64,000 bases of DNA from Candidatus Phosphoribacter baldrii (GTDB taxonomy: Bacteria > Actinomycetota > Actinomycetes > Actinomycetales > Dermatophilaceae): the NCBI GenBank assembly GCA_016704565.1, contig JADIZV010000003.1, forward strand, positions 91,869-155,868, in the 5' to 3' direction. This document shows positions 1 to 11,502 of the stretch, piece by piece. The notes beneath the pieces were generated by a model. That model did not search any database and was not told where the DNA came from. It saw only the letters and a program-made list of their open reading frames with translations. Positions within the stretch are counted from its first letter, which is position 1. Each line of letters starts with the position of its first letter. Made by a program: the position numbers and the translations under genes.

Positions 1-1408
<1,408 letters not shown>

Positions 1409-1525
1409 CCGACCGAACGCTCCGAACGGGCGGCGCGACGGCATACGGAAGACCATTGCTCAGGCACCACCCGCGACGCTGAGCACGCGGCGGGCCCGTG
1501 GCGGGAAGCACGGTATGCCGTGTGC

Positions 1526-1972
1526 TCACCGAGGCGGGTCCGCGGGGCCGTCGAGGGCCGGCCATCCGGGGCAGTAGAGGCAGAACGGGTGGCCCGCCGG
1601 GTCCAGCAGGACGCGCACGTCGTGTTGCGGCTGGTCTGCCGCCACCCGCGCGCCAAGCGCGACCGCCGCCGCCACCGACGTGGAGAGATCACTCACCTCG
1701 ATGTCGAGGTGGACCTGCATCTGCTGCCGTCCGGGCACATTGGGCCAGGTGGGAGGCTGATAGCCGGCCGAGGTCTGGACGGCCAAGTAGGCGACCCCTT
1801 CATCAGGGTCGAGGGTGACAAAGCCCGGGTCCGAGGCATCCAGCCTCCACCCGAACAGGTCGGCGTAGAACTGCGCAAGAGGGAGCGCCTCGGGCGCGTC
1901 GAGCACGACGCCCCACCAGTCACGCCGGGTCTTGCGGTCCTGCCCGGGTCCTCCCGGAACTCGTCCTCGCAT
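1526..1972 (-). CDS. VOC (glyoxalase/bleomycin resistance/dioxygenase) family protein
   Basis: 148-aa ORF. FYADLFGW ... VHLDIEV ... LLDPAGHPFCL pattern typical of single-domain VOC proteins. Start codon uncertain. Confidence 0.7.
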   Translation of the reverse strand: MRGRVPGGPGQDRKTRRDWWGVVLDAPEALPLAQFYADLFGWRLDASDPGFVTLDPDEGVAYLAVQTSAGYQPPTWPNVPGRQQMQVHLDIEVSDLSTSVAAAVALGARVAADQPQHDVRVLLDPAGHPFCLYCPGWPALDGPADPPR

Positions 1973-1992
1973 ACCCCCATGGTGACGGTCGG

Positions 1993-3375
1993 TCAGCCCG
2001 GGATCGAGGGGAGCCGGGTGAGCGCCTCGGCCACCGCGTCGCGGATCTCGGCCTCCTCGTAGGAGTGGTCGGTCATCTCACCGGCGAGGTAGGCGCCGTA
2101 TGCCGGCAGGTCCAGGTGTCCGTGCCCGCACAAGGCCGTGAGGATGACCTTCTCCTCGCCGGTCTCCTTGCACCGCAACGCCTCCGCGACGGTCTCGGCG
2201 AGCGCGTGGGTCGGCTCCGGCGCCGGGACGATCCCTTCGGTCCGGGCGAAGAGCACACCGGCGGAGAAACACTCGAGCTGCTTCTTGGCCACCGCCTCGA
2301 TGAGCCCCGACTCGTAAATGTGCGAGATGAGCGGGCTCATCCCGTGGTAGCGCAGCCCGCCGGCGTGGATCGGGTCGGGGATGAAGTCGTGGCCGAGCGT
2401 GTGCATCTTCATCAGCGGCGTCATCCCGGCCGTGTCGCCGAAGTCGTAGGCATACGTGCCCTGGGTGAGCGACGGGCACGAGGCCGGCTCGACGGCGCGG
2501 ATGACCGGAGACATTCTCCCGGCAAGCTTCTCGCGCAGGAACGGGAAGGACAGGCCGGCGAAGTTCGAGCCGCCACCGGTGCAGCCAACGATGAGGTCAG
2601 GGGTCTCCTCGATCTTGGCGAGCTGACGCAGAGCCTCCTCACCGATGATCGTCTGGTGCAGCAGCACGTGGTTGAGCACCGAGCCGAGCGCGTAGTTCGT
2701 CGTCTCGGACTGCGCGGCGACCTCGACCGCCTCGGAGATCGCGATGCCGAGCGACCCCGGTGAGTCGGGGTGGGCGGCCAGGATGGCTCGGCCGGCGGCG
2801 GTCAGCTCGGACGGTGACGGGTGGACGACCCCACCGAAGGTCTCCATCATGAGTCGGCGATAGGGCTTGGAGTCATAGCTCGCCCGGACCTGCCAGACCT
2901 CGCACTCCAGACCGAACTGAGCGCAGGCGAAGGCCAGCGATGTGCCCCACTGCCCGGCGCCTGTCTCGGTCGTGAGCTTCTTGATCCCGGCCTTGGCGTT
3001 GTAGAACGCCTGGGGCACCGAGGTGTTCGGCTTGTGCGAGCCCGCGGGGGAGACGCCTTCGTACTTGTAGTAGATCCGCGCCGGGGTGCCCAGCGCCGCC
3101 TCCAGCCGGTGCGCCCGGTAGAGGGGCGAGGGCCGCCACAGCCGGTAGACGTCGAGGACCTCCGGCGGGATGTCGACGTATTGCGCCGTCGTCACCTCCT
3201 GCTCGATGAGGTCCATCGGGAAAAGCGCGAGCAGATCGGCCGGCCCGACCGGCTGCCCGGTCGCCGGGTGCAGGTAGGGCGGCGGCGGCGTGGGGAGGTC
3301 GTGGAGGATGTTGTACCAGCGGGTCGGCATCTCCTTCTCGTCGAGGATGACCTTGTGCCGTTTGACCGTGCTCAC
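1993..3375 (-). CDS. TrpB-like pyridoxal-phosphate-dependent enzyme (TrpB2 type)
   Basis: [13 protein letters not shown]..., [10 protein letters not shown] (PLP-lysine region), [11 protein letters not shown]. The ORF-track N-terminal 165 aa (to 3870) is Arg/Pro-rich shadow sequence. GTG at 3375 is preceded by GAAGGAGA. Confidence 0.85.
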   Translation of the reverse strand: MSTVKRHKVILDEKEMPTRWYNILHDLPTPPPPYLHPATGQPVGPADLLALFPMDLIEQEVTTAQYVDIPPEVLDVYRLWRPSPLYRAHRLEAALGTPARIYYKYEGVSPAGSHKPNTSVPQAFYNAKAGIKKLTTETGAGQWGTSLAFACAQFGLECEVWQVRASYDSKPYRRLMMETFGGVVHPSPSELTAAGRAILAAHPDSPGSLGIAISEAVEVAAQSETTNYALGSVLNHVLLHQTIIGEEALRQLAKIEETPDLIVGCTGGGSNFAGLSFPFLREKLAGRMSPVIRAVEPASCPSLTQGTYAYDFGDTAGMTPLMKMHTLGHDFIPDPIHAGGLRYHGMSPLISHIYESGLIEAVAKKQLECFSAGVLFARTEGIVPAPEPTHALAETVAEALRCKETGEEKVILTALCGHGHLDLPAYGAYLAGEMTDHSYEEAEIRDAVAEALTRLPSIPG

Positions 3376-3474
3376 CGGTGTCTCCTTCGCGTCGGGGGCG
3401 CTGGGCCACATCCTTGCGCGTGCAGGTGACGGCGCCAAACCCGGGTCCGGCTCGTGGGCAGGGAGGCGGCGGCG

Positions 3475-3517
3475 CGGCATACTGACCCGATGCTGGCCCC
3501 TACGAGCAGGTATGCCG
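3475..3517. repeat. Inverted pair of the iterated octamer (CGGCATAC, 27 nt spacer, GTATGCCG) bracketing the ATG at 3490
   Basis: Arms are gcggcatac and gtatgccgc (9 bp complementary). The spacer contains the predicted lipoprotein start codon. Confidence 0.8.
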
Positions 3518-4644
3518 CCCGCTGCCGTTCGCTCGGGCGCGGGCTCCCTCCGTCGGTGGTTGTCGCCCTCCTCGTGGGAGTCATCGGCCTCGCGGGATGC
3601 ACCACCACGGCCGCGCCCTGGACGCGCGTCGACCTGCCCACCGGCACGACGCCCGTCAGCCTCACCGACCATCAGGGAATCCTGCTCGTCGGGGCGTTGA
3701 CCGATGGACGCCCTGCGGCGGTGCGCGGGAACCCGGGGGCGAGCGGGGTCTGGACGTCGATGACGGTCACGCCGGTGAGCGCCTACGGCAAGGAGGCCGA
3801 GTGGTTGGGCATCGCCGTCGAGCCAGGTGGTGGGCTGGTCGCCGTGGGCGGTGCGCGCGGGGGAGCCCACTCCAACGTCCGGTGGTCGGTATGGCGTGGC
3901 GACACGAGGTCACTGTCGGAGCAGGAACAGGTCTTCTCGACGTTCGGTGGGTGGGGCGCGGGTGAGCAACTCGGGCCGATCGCGACCTCCGCGGGCCCGA
4001 TGTTGCTGGGCAGTTGGGAGAGTGCGAAGGCCGGGCTGGACGCCGACATCTGGCTTCCCGACGGGTCAGCGTGGGTCCGGCAGTCACCCGCGGGGACAGC
4101 GCTAGAGAGCACCGCGACCGAGCTGGTCGGTCCCCGCTCAGGCACAGCGTGGGGCGCGGGAGCCCTGGTGGCCGGTTCAGTCCTGCACCTGGGTGACGGC
4201 GTCCGACAGACGCCCGCCATCTGGCGGTCGAGCACCCTCAACAGCGGGTGGCAGCGGACCGACCTGCCCGACGCGGGCACCGCCGGAGAGGCGGTCAGTG
4301 CGGCTTGCACGGCCACCGGCTGCACGGTCGCAGGGTGGGTGGATGGCCGACTGGCGATCTGGACCCTCGACCCGTCGGGGGCTCGACGCCTCGGCGGGAT
4401 CCCGGACGTCGCCGTCGGGGACCGGGCGGTCATGCCGGCCCCCATCCTGGACGAACAGGGCCGGGCCACGCTGCTGCTCACCGACGCCGGGGCGGTCATC
4501 GTCCTACGCCAGGTGGACACCGGATGGGACCGTCAGGCCGGGCCGCCCGGCGTCGTCCTGGCGACCGCTCGGGTCGGTGGCCTGCTCTACGCCATCACCC
4601 AAGCGCCGGACGGCTCCCGGTCCCTGTGGGAGCACACCTTCTGA
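3490..4644 (+). CDS. Secreted lipoprotein of unknown function (possible beta-propeller-like repeats)
   Basis: Signal peptide followed by lipobox VIGLAGC. Repetitive Gly/Trp-rich body. No family recognised. Start chosen at ATG 3490 within ORF 3454..4644. Confidence 0.6.
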   Translation: MLAPTSRYAARCRSLGRGLPPSVVVALLVGVIGLAGCTTTAAPWTRVDLPTGTTPVSLTDHQGILLVGALTDGRPAAVRGNPGASGVWTSMTVTPVSAYGKEAEWLGIAVEPGGGLVAVGGARGGAHSNVRWSVWRGDTRSLSEQEQVFSTFGGWGAGEQLGPIATSAGPMLLGSWESAKAGLDADIWLPDGSAWVRQSPAGTALESTATELVGPRSGTAWGAGALVAGSVLHLGDGVRQTPAIWRSSTLNSGWQRTDLPDAGTAGEAVSAACTATGCTVAGWVDGRLAIWTLDPSGARRLGGIPDVAVGDRAVMPAPILDEQGRATLLLTDAGAVIVLRQVDTGWDRQAGPPGVVLATARVGGLLYAITQAPDGSRSLWEHTF

Positions 4645-4691
4645 GCGAGGGGGCACGCGGCATACGTCATCGGCGGCGATAGCCTGCACAG

Positions 4692-5489
4692 GTGAGCACC
4701 CCACAGACCTCGCAGCCACATCCCGCCATCCGCGTCGACCACGAGGGCCCGGTCGTCCGGGTCACCCTGTGCAACCCGGGCCAGCTCAACGCCCAAGTGC
4801 CGTCGATGTGGTTGGCACTGGCCGAGATCGCCCATTTCCTCGCCGAGGAGGTCCGGGTCGTCGTCCTGGCCGCCGAAGGACGCAGCTTCTCGGCCGGCCT
4901 CAACCGCGGGATGCTCGTCCCGGGAGGTATGCCGGGTGAGCCCGACCTCCTCGCCGCAGCGGCTCGCAGCCCTGAGGCGATGACGGCCCTCATCGGGCCG
5001 TTCCAGGAGGGCTTTGCGGTCTGGCGACGGGTGGCTCCCGTCGTCGTCGCGGCGGTGCAGGGTCATGCGATCGGTGCGGGGTTCCAGCTCGCCCTGGCCG
5101 CTGACCTGCGGATCGTCGCTGACGACGTCCAGTTCGCGATGCGGGAGGTCAGCCTGGGGATGATCCCCGACCTGGCCGGGACAGGGCCACTCGTCGAGGC
5201 TGTCGGATACTCCCGGGCGCTGGAGATCTGTGCCACCGGACGGTTCGTGGGGGCGGACGAGGCAGTGCAGACCGGCCTGGCCTCCCTCGCAGTGCCCACG
5301 ACCGAGCTCGCCGGCGCCACCTCCGATCTGGTCCAGGCACTGCTCGCGGCGCCGGCCCCCGCCTTGCGGGCCCTCAAGCCGCTCCTGCACCAGGCGCTGA
5401 CCTCCACCGCCGACGAGCAGATCCACCACGAGCGAGTGGCGCAGGGCCATCTCCTGCACGGCATGGCGCGAGCCGTCGGACTGTCCTGA
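4692..5489 (+). CDS. Enoyl-CoA hydratase/isomerase (crotonase) family protein
   Basis: 265-aa ORF. RSFSAGLN oxyanion-hole region and AAVQGHAIGAGFQLALAADLRI core typical of the crotonase fold. Confidence 0.85.
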   Translation: MSTPQTSQPHPAIRVDHEGPVVRVTLCNPGQLNAQVPSMWLALAEIAHFLAEEVRVVVLAAEGRSFSAGLNRGMLVPGGMPGEPDLLAAAARSPEAMTALIGPFQEGFAVWRRVAPVVVAAVQGHAIGAGFQLALAADLRIVADDVQFAMREVSLGMIPDLAGTGPLVEAVGYSRALEICATGRFVGADEAVQTGLASLAVPTTELAGATSDLVQALLAAPAPALRALKPLLHQALTSTADEQIHHERVAQGHLLHGMARAVGLS

Positions 5490-5498
5490 CGGCACGCC

Positions 5499-5532
5499 GT
5501 ATGCCGCGCGGCTGGGTGAGCGGGCGGCATAC
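5499..5532. repeat. Inverted pair of the iterated octamer (GTATGCCG, 18 nt spacer, CGGCATAC) in an intergenic spacer
   Basis: gtatgccgc ... gcggcatac, a 9-bp stem, located between the crotonase stop (5489) and the ABC exporter start (5637). Confidence 0.8.
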
Positions 5533-5636
5533 CCTCGGAATCAGCCAGCCACCCAGGGTGTTGCGCGGGTGACGACACGAGATGCGCCGATCTACGCCCA
5601 CCTGGGCGTGCCGCTGTGGCGCGGAGGGAGGGGCCG

Positions 5637-7535
5637 ATGAGCTTCGGTCACATGGGCCCCGGCCACCTGGGGATGATGCGCGGGATGACCAAGGACCAGT
5701 CGGTCCTGCGAGCCCGGCTCGATCACGGCACGACCCGTCGGGTGATGGGTTACGCCCGGCCGTTCCTGCGCTCGATCATCGCCTTCCTCACCCTCGTCGT
5801 CCTCGACGCCGGCATCGTTGTCGCCGTCCCCCTGCTGTTGCGCGACCTGGTCGATGTCGGCGTCATCCCCAAGGCGGGCGATGTCGTCGTGCGCCTGGCG
5901 CTGCTGGTCGCCGCGCTGGCCGTCGCCGACGCTGTCCTGGGAATCGCGCAACGGTGGTTCTCCTCCCGGATCGGCGAGGGGCTGATCCTGCAGCTGCGCA
6001 CCGAGGTCTTCGCCCATGTGCTGCGCCAGCCGATCGCGTTCTTCACCCGCGCGCAGACCGGCTCCCTGGTCAGCCGACTCAACTCCGACGTCATCGGCGC
6101 CCAACAGGCGTTCACGTCGGTCCTGTCGTCGGTCGTCTCCAACGCCGTGTCGTTGCTGCTCATCGTCGCGGCGATGGCCACGCTCTCCTGGCAGCTAACC
6201 CTCGGGGCGCTCGCGCTCGTGCCGTTCTTCCTCATCCCGGCCAAGATCATGGGCCGGCGCCTGTCCGAGCTCACCCGCACGATGATGACGGCCAACGCCG
6301 AGCTGGGGACCCGGATGACTGAGCGGTTCAACGTTGCCGGGGCACTGCTCGTCAAGCTTTTCGGCACGCCTGAGCGGGAGGAACGCGAGTATGCCTCCCG
6401 CGCACGGCTCGTGCGCGACACCGGCGTCAAGATCGCGATGAACCGCACCGTCTTCATGGTGGCGATGTCCCTCGTCGCGGCCCTGGCCACTGCGATGGTC
6501 TATGGCGTCGGCGGCCTCATGGCGGTGTCCGGGTCGCTGACCGTCGGGACGCTGCTGGCCCTGGCTGCACTGCTGGCCCGGCTCTACGGCCCGCTCACAG
6601 CCCTATCCAACGTCCGGGTTGATGTCATGACCGCGCTCGTGTCCTTCGACCGGGTCTTCGAGGTGCTCGACCTGCAGCCGCTCGTGGCGCAGGCACCGCA
6701 CCCGGTCCGGTTGCCCGACGGCCCAGTCGAGGTCCAGTTCGAGGACGTCGCCTTCTCGTATCCGTCGGCCGACGAGGTCTCGCTGCGTTCCCTGGAGTCC
6801 ACCGCGTCAGGTGACCGGGCGGGCGGGGGACCGGTCCTGCAGGCGGTGAGCTTCACGGCATACCCGGGGCAACTGGTCGCCCTCGTCGGCCCCAGCGGCG
6901 GCGGCAAGACGACCATGACGTCCCTCGTCGCGCGGCTCTACGACCCCACGGACGGCGTCGTGCGGATCGGGGGAGTGGACCTGCGGGAGGCATCCTTCGC
7001 GTCCCTGCACGAGACCGTCGGCATGGTGACCCAGGAAGCGCACCTCTTTCACGACACGATCCGCGAGAACCTCCGGTATGCCGCCCCCGACGCCACCGAG
7101 GAGCAGATGCGCGAGGCGCTGGAGGCCGCCCAGGTGCTCGGCCTGGTCGATTCGCTGCCCTCCGGCCTGGACACCGTCGTCGGCGACCGCGGCCATCGGC
7201 TGTCGGGTGGGGAGAAGCAACGCCTGGCCATCGCCCGCCTCTTGCTCAAGCAGCCCCAAGTCGTCGTCCTCGACGAAGCGACGGCCCACTTGGACAGCGA
7301 ATCCGAAGTGGCGGTGCAGCGGGCCCTGGACTCCGCGCTGGACGGGCGCACTGCGCTCGTGATTGCCCACCGGCTGTCGACGGTCCGTGGCGCCGACCAG
7401 ATCCTCGTTGTCGAAGACGGCCGGATCGTCGAGAGTGGCAAGCACGCGGAGTTGCTCGGTCGCGGCGGCCTGTATGCCGACCTCTACCGCACGCAGTACT
7501 TCGAGGACAGCACCACCGTCCCCGGTCCGTGGTGA
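5637..7535 (+). CDS. ABC exporter, fused permease/ATPase (type I exporter, MsbA/MdlB-like)
   Basis: Six-TM N-terminal domain, Walker A GPSGGGKTT, signature LSGGEKQR, Walker B VVVLDEAT. ATG 5637 is preceded by GGAGGGAGG. Confidence 0.9.
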   Translation: MSFGHMGPGHLGMMRGMTKDQSVLRARLDHGTTRRVMGYARPFLRSIIAFLTLVVLDAGIVVAVPLLLRDLVDVGVIPKAGDVVVRLALLVAALAVADAVLGIAQRWFSSRIGEGLILQLRTEVFAHVLRQPIAFFTRAQTGSLVSRLNSDVIGAQQAFTSVLSSVVSNAVSLLLIVAAMATLSWQLTLGALALVPFFLIPAKIMGRRLSELTRTMMTANAELGTRMTERFNVAGALLVKLFGTPEREEREYASRARLVRDTGVKIAMNRTVFMVAMSLVAALATAMVYGVGGLMAVSGSLTVGTLLALAALLARLYGPLTALSNVRVDVMTALVSFDRVFEVLDLQPLVAQAPHPVRLPDGPVEVQFEDVAFSYPSADEVSLRSLESTASGDRAGGGPVLQAVSFTAYPGQLVALVGPSGGGKTTMTSLVARLYDPTDGVVRIGGVDLREASFASLHETVGMVTQEAHLFHDTIRENLRYAAPDATEEQMREALEAAQVLGLVDSLPSGLDTVVGDRGHRLSGGEKQRLAIARLLLKQPQVVVLDEATAHLDSESEVAVQRALDSALDGRTALVIAHRLSTVRGADQILVVEDGRIVESGKHAELLGRGGLYADLYRTQYFEDSTTVPGPW

Positions 7536-7545
7536 CCGGCGCTGG

Positions 7546-8343
7546 TCAGCCGTCTTCCTCGTCCCAGATCCGGACCTTCTTGGGCGCAGGGTCCTTCACC
7601 CGTGCCACGGGCTCGCCGGGCGGGTGCCGGTAAAGGTAGACCACGAACGCGGCGCCGAGCAGCGCGGTCAGCCACCACTGCAGCGCGTAGGCGAAGTGCG
7701 GCCCGCGGTCGGGAGTGGGTTGCTCCAGCGCCGCCGGGCGGGGAGGTGCCTGCTGTCCCGCGCCGAGGGACTCACTCCCCAGGACGAGGTATGCCGCGTA
7801 AAGGCGCCCGTCGATCTGGGCCTGGGCCTGCTCGAGGTTGATCGTCGCCAGTTGTCCGGCCGGCAGGCCCTTCTCGCGGGCCTCCTCACTCGGTTTGAGC
7901 CACCCGGTGAGGGTGACCGAGCCCGCAGGGGCGGGCGGGACCGTCGGGAGGTCAGCGGCCTGGTCGCCGTTGGGGACCCAGCCACGATCGACGAGCAGGA
8001 TGGCGCCGCCGTCCACCCGGAACGGGACGAGGACTTCCATACCTTGTGCGGTGTTGAGCGCCCGGCCGCGGACGAGCAGTTGGCCGGAGGCGGCATACTG
8101 GCCGGTGACGGTCACGGGAGTCCAGATCCGCTCTTCGGGCAGTGGCGTCGACGCGGTGGGGAGCACGGACAAGAGCGGGACAGCAGCTGCGTGGTAGTTC
8201 TGCTCGACCGCGTTGGCCCGGGCGTCCTTGTCCTCGTAGCGGGACAGCTGCCACCGACCGAGGAAGAAGCACGCGGTGCCGAAGACGACGGCGAACGCGA
8301 CGGCATACATGATCCGCCGGGTGAAGATCGCGCGCCACACCAC
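7546..8343 (-). CDS. SURF1 family protein (cytochrome oxidase assembly)
   Basis: N-terminal TM then GRWQLSRY motif. C-terminal TM (YALQWWLTALLGAAFV). Confidence 0.8.
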   Translation of the reverse strand: MVWRAIFTRRIMYAVAFAVVFGTACFFLGRWQLSRYEDKDARANAVEQNYHAAAVPLLSVLPTASTPLPEERIWTPVTVTGQYAASGQLLVRGRALNTAQGMEVLVPFRVDGGAILLVDRGWVPNGDQAADLPTVPPAPAGSVTLTGWLKPSEEAREKGLPAGQLATINLEQAQAQIDGRLYAAYLVLGSESLGAGQQAPPRPAALEQPTPDRGPHFAYALQWWLTALLGAAFVVYLYRHPPGEPVARVKDPAPKKVRIWDEEDG

Positions 8344-8363
8344 ATCACCGTAACCGACATAGG

Positions 8364-9404
8364 GTGGCCGCTGTGACGCGCCTGCCCGACCCCCGCCCTC
8401 GACCCCCTGCGGGTGCGGCGCTGGTGGACACCTACGGCCGGGTCGCGCAGGACCTGCGGGTGTCGGTGACCGACCGCTGCTCGTTCCGGTGCACCTATTG
8501 CATGCCCGCGGAGGGGCTGCCGTGGATCCCGCGGGCCGAGATGCTCACCGACGACGAACTCTTGCGACTGGTCGCGGTGTTCGTGTCGGCCGGGGTGACC
8601 CAGGTCCGCCTCACTGGGGGAGAACCGTTGCTGCGCCGCAGCATCGTCGATCTGGTGGCAGGCATCGGTGAACTGCGGCCCCGACCGTCGATCGCCATGA
8701 CAACCAACGGCGCGGGGCTAGCCCGCGTCGCTGCGGGCCTGAAGGCTGCAGGCCTGGATCGGGTCAACGTCTCGCTGGACACCATCGACACCGAACAGTT
8801 CAGGACGCTCACCCGGCGCGACCGGCTCACCGACGTCATCGAGGGCCTGGCGGCGGCCGCCGACGCTGGGCTGACCCCCGTCAAGGTCAACGCGGTTGCC
8901 ATGCGCGGGGTCAACGACGACGCGGTCATCGACCTGCTGAGCTGGTGCCTGGAGCGAGGTTATGAGCTGCGGTTCATCGAACAGATGCCCTTGGACGCCC
9001 AGCACGGCTGGGAGCGTTCAGTGATGGTGACGGCCGACGAGATCCGCGCCCGGTTGGCGACCCGCTTCACCCTCTCGCCGGCTCCGTGGGGCGACCGTGG
9101 CAGTGCTCCGGCCCAACGCTTCCTCGTCGACGGCGGGCCGGCCACCGTGGGGATCATCGCCAGTGTGTCGGCGCCGTTCTGTTCAGCCTGCGACCGGGTC
9201 CGGCTCACCGCCGACGGCCAGGTGCGCAACTGCCTGTTCTCGGAGCGCGAGACCGACCTGCGTGGACCGCTGCGCGACGGGGCGTCCGACGACGACCTGC
9301 TGGCTCTCATCCGGGGCGAGATGTGGCGCAAGGGACCCGCGCATGGCATCGGGCGGCCGGACTTCCACCAACCGGACCGTCCGATGTCGGCGATCGGCGG
9401 GTAG
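8364..9404 (+). CDS. moaA: GTP 3',8-cyclase MoaA (radical SAM)
   Basis: CSFRCTYCMP radical-SAM cluster motif, C-terminal CSACDRVRLTADGQVRNCLF second cluster, ends ...MSAIGG. Confidence 0.9.
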   Translation: MAAVTRLPDPRPRPPAGAALVDTYGRVAQDLRVSVTDRCSFRCTYCMPAEGLPWIPRAEMLTDDELLRLVAVFVSAGVTQVRLTGGEPLLRRSIVDLVAGIGELRPRPSIAMTTNGAGLARVAAGLKAAGLDRVNVSLDTIDTEQFRTLTRRDRLTDVIEGLAAAADAGLTPVKVNAVAMRGVNDDAVIDLLSWCLERGYELRFIEQMPLDAQHGWERSVMVTADEIRARLATRFTLSPAPWGDRGSAPAQRFLVDGGPATVGIIASVSAPFCSACDRVRLTADGQVRNCLFSERETDLRGPLRDGASDDDLLALIRGEMWRKGPAHGIGRPDFHQPDRPMSAIGG

Positions 9405-9412
9405 GGCACCGA

Positions 9413-9452
9413 GGCCCGCAGGGGCCCGTCAGCGAAGGCCCGCAGGGGCCCG

Positions 9453-9458
<6 letters not shown>
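9413..9458. repeat. Tandem duplication (2 x 22 nt, 24-bp period) of a small GC hairpin unit between convergent genes
   Basis: ggcccgcaggggcccgtcagcg at 9413-9434 and again at 9437-9458. Each unit contains ggccc/gggcc. The second unit overlaps the stop of the minus-strand DUF3099 gene. Confidence 0.8.
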
Positions 9459-10672
<1,214 letters not shown>

Positions 10673-10714
10673 CCACCCCGCGTCCTCACACCTGAACACG
10701 AAAGCGAGCCACCC

Positions 10715-11476
10715 GTGGGCCTGTTCGACGGCAAGACGCTTCTGATCACCGGAGTCCTCATGGACACCTCGATCGCCTTCCATGTGGCCAAGTTGGCGCA
10801 GGAGCAGGGCGCGTCGGTCATCCTCACGTCCTTCGGGCGGACCATGAAGATCACCCAGACCATCGCCCGACGCCTGCCGGTGACCCCGCCGGTGGTGGAA
10901 CTGGACGTGAGCAACCCCGAGCACCTGGAGAGCCTGGCCGAGCGGCTGCGCGAGCACACCGATCAGATCGACGGAGTGCTGCACTCGATCGGGTTCGCCC
11001 CGCAGGGCGCGTTCACCTTCCTCGACGCGACCTGGGAGGACGTGGGGACTGCCGTCCAGGTGTCGGCCTACAGCCTCAAGGCGCTGGCGGTCGCGGCAAT
11101 GCCGCTCATGGTGCCCGGCGGGTCGATCGTCGGGCTGACCTTCGACGCGCGCTATGCCTGGCCGGTCTATGACTGGATGGGCGTCGCGAAGGCAGCGTTC
11201 GAGTCGACGAACCGCTACTGCGCCCGCGACCTAGGCCCCAAGGGCATCCGCTGCAACCTCGTCGCCGCCGGGCCGATCCGCACGACGGCCGCCAAGTCCA
11301 TCCCAGGCTTTGAGGTCTTCGAGGAGCAGTGGGACACCCGAGCGCCGCTCGGCTGGGACGTCACCGACCCGCTGCCGACCGCGAAGGCGTGCGTCGCGCT
11401 GCTCTCGGACTGGTTCCCGGCGACGACGGGAGAGATCGTCCACGTCGATGGCGGCGTCCACGCGATGGGCTGCTGA
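10715..11476 (+). CDS. inhA: Enoyl-ACP reductase (NADH), FabI/InhA type
   Basis: GKTLLITGVLMDTSIAFHVAK..., YDWMGVAKAAFES (Tyr/Lys catalytic pair). Follows fabG. Confidence 0.9.
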   Translation: MGLFDGKTLLITGVLMDTSIAFHVAKLAQEQGASVILTSFGRTMKITQTIARRLPVTPPVVELDVSNPEHLESLAERLREHTDQIDGVLHSIGFAPQGAFTFLDATWEDVGTAVQVSAYSLKALAVAAMPLMVPGGSIVGLTFDARYAWPVYDWMGVAKAAFESTNRYCARDLGPKGIRCNLVAAGPIRTTAAKSIPGFEVFEEQWDTRAPLGWDVTDPLPTAKACVALLSDWFPATTGEIVHVDGGVHAMGC

Positions 11477-11502
11477 AGAGCCCGCCACTAGGCTCGCCCG
11501 TC

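Noticed and set aside
3376-3870. N-terminal extensions of ORF-track entries. Examples: the TrpB-like ORF to 3870, metH to 53697, the serB ORF to 19077, the AKR ORF to 38556, and ORFs 9782, 11329, 23170, 24835, 28830, 29510, 40873 and 54488.
   Set aside because: The extensions are Arg/Pro-rich, overlap neighbouring genes or promoters, and the family-typical N-termini begin at internal ATG/GTG codons, several with Shine-Dalgarno-like sequences.
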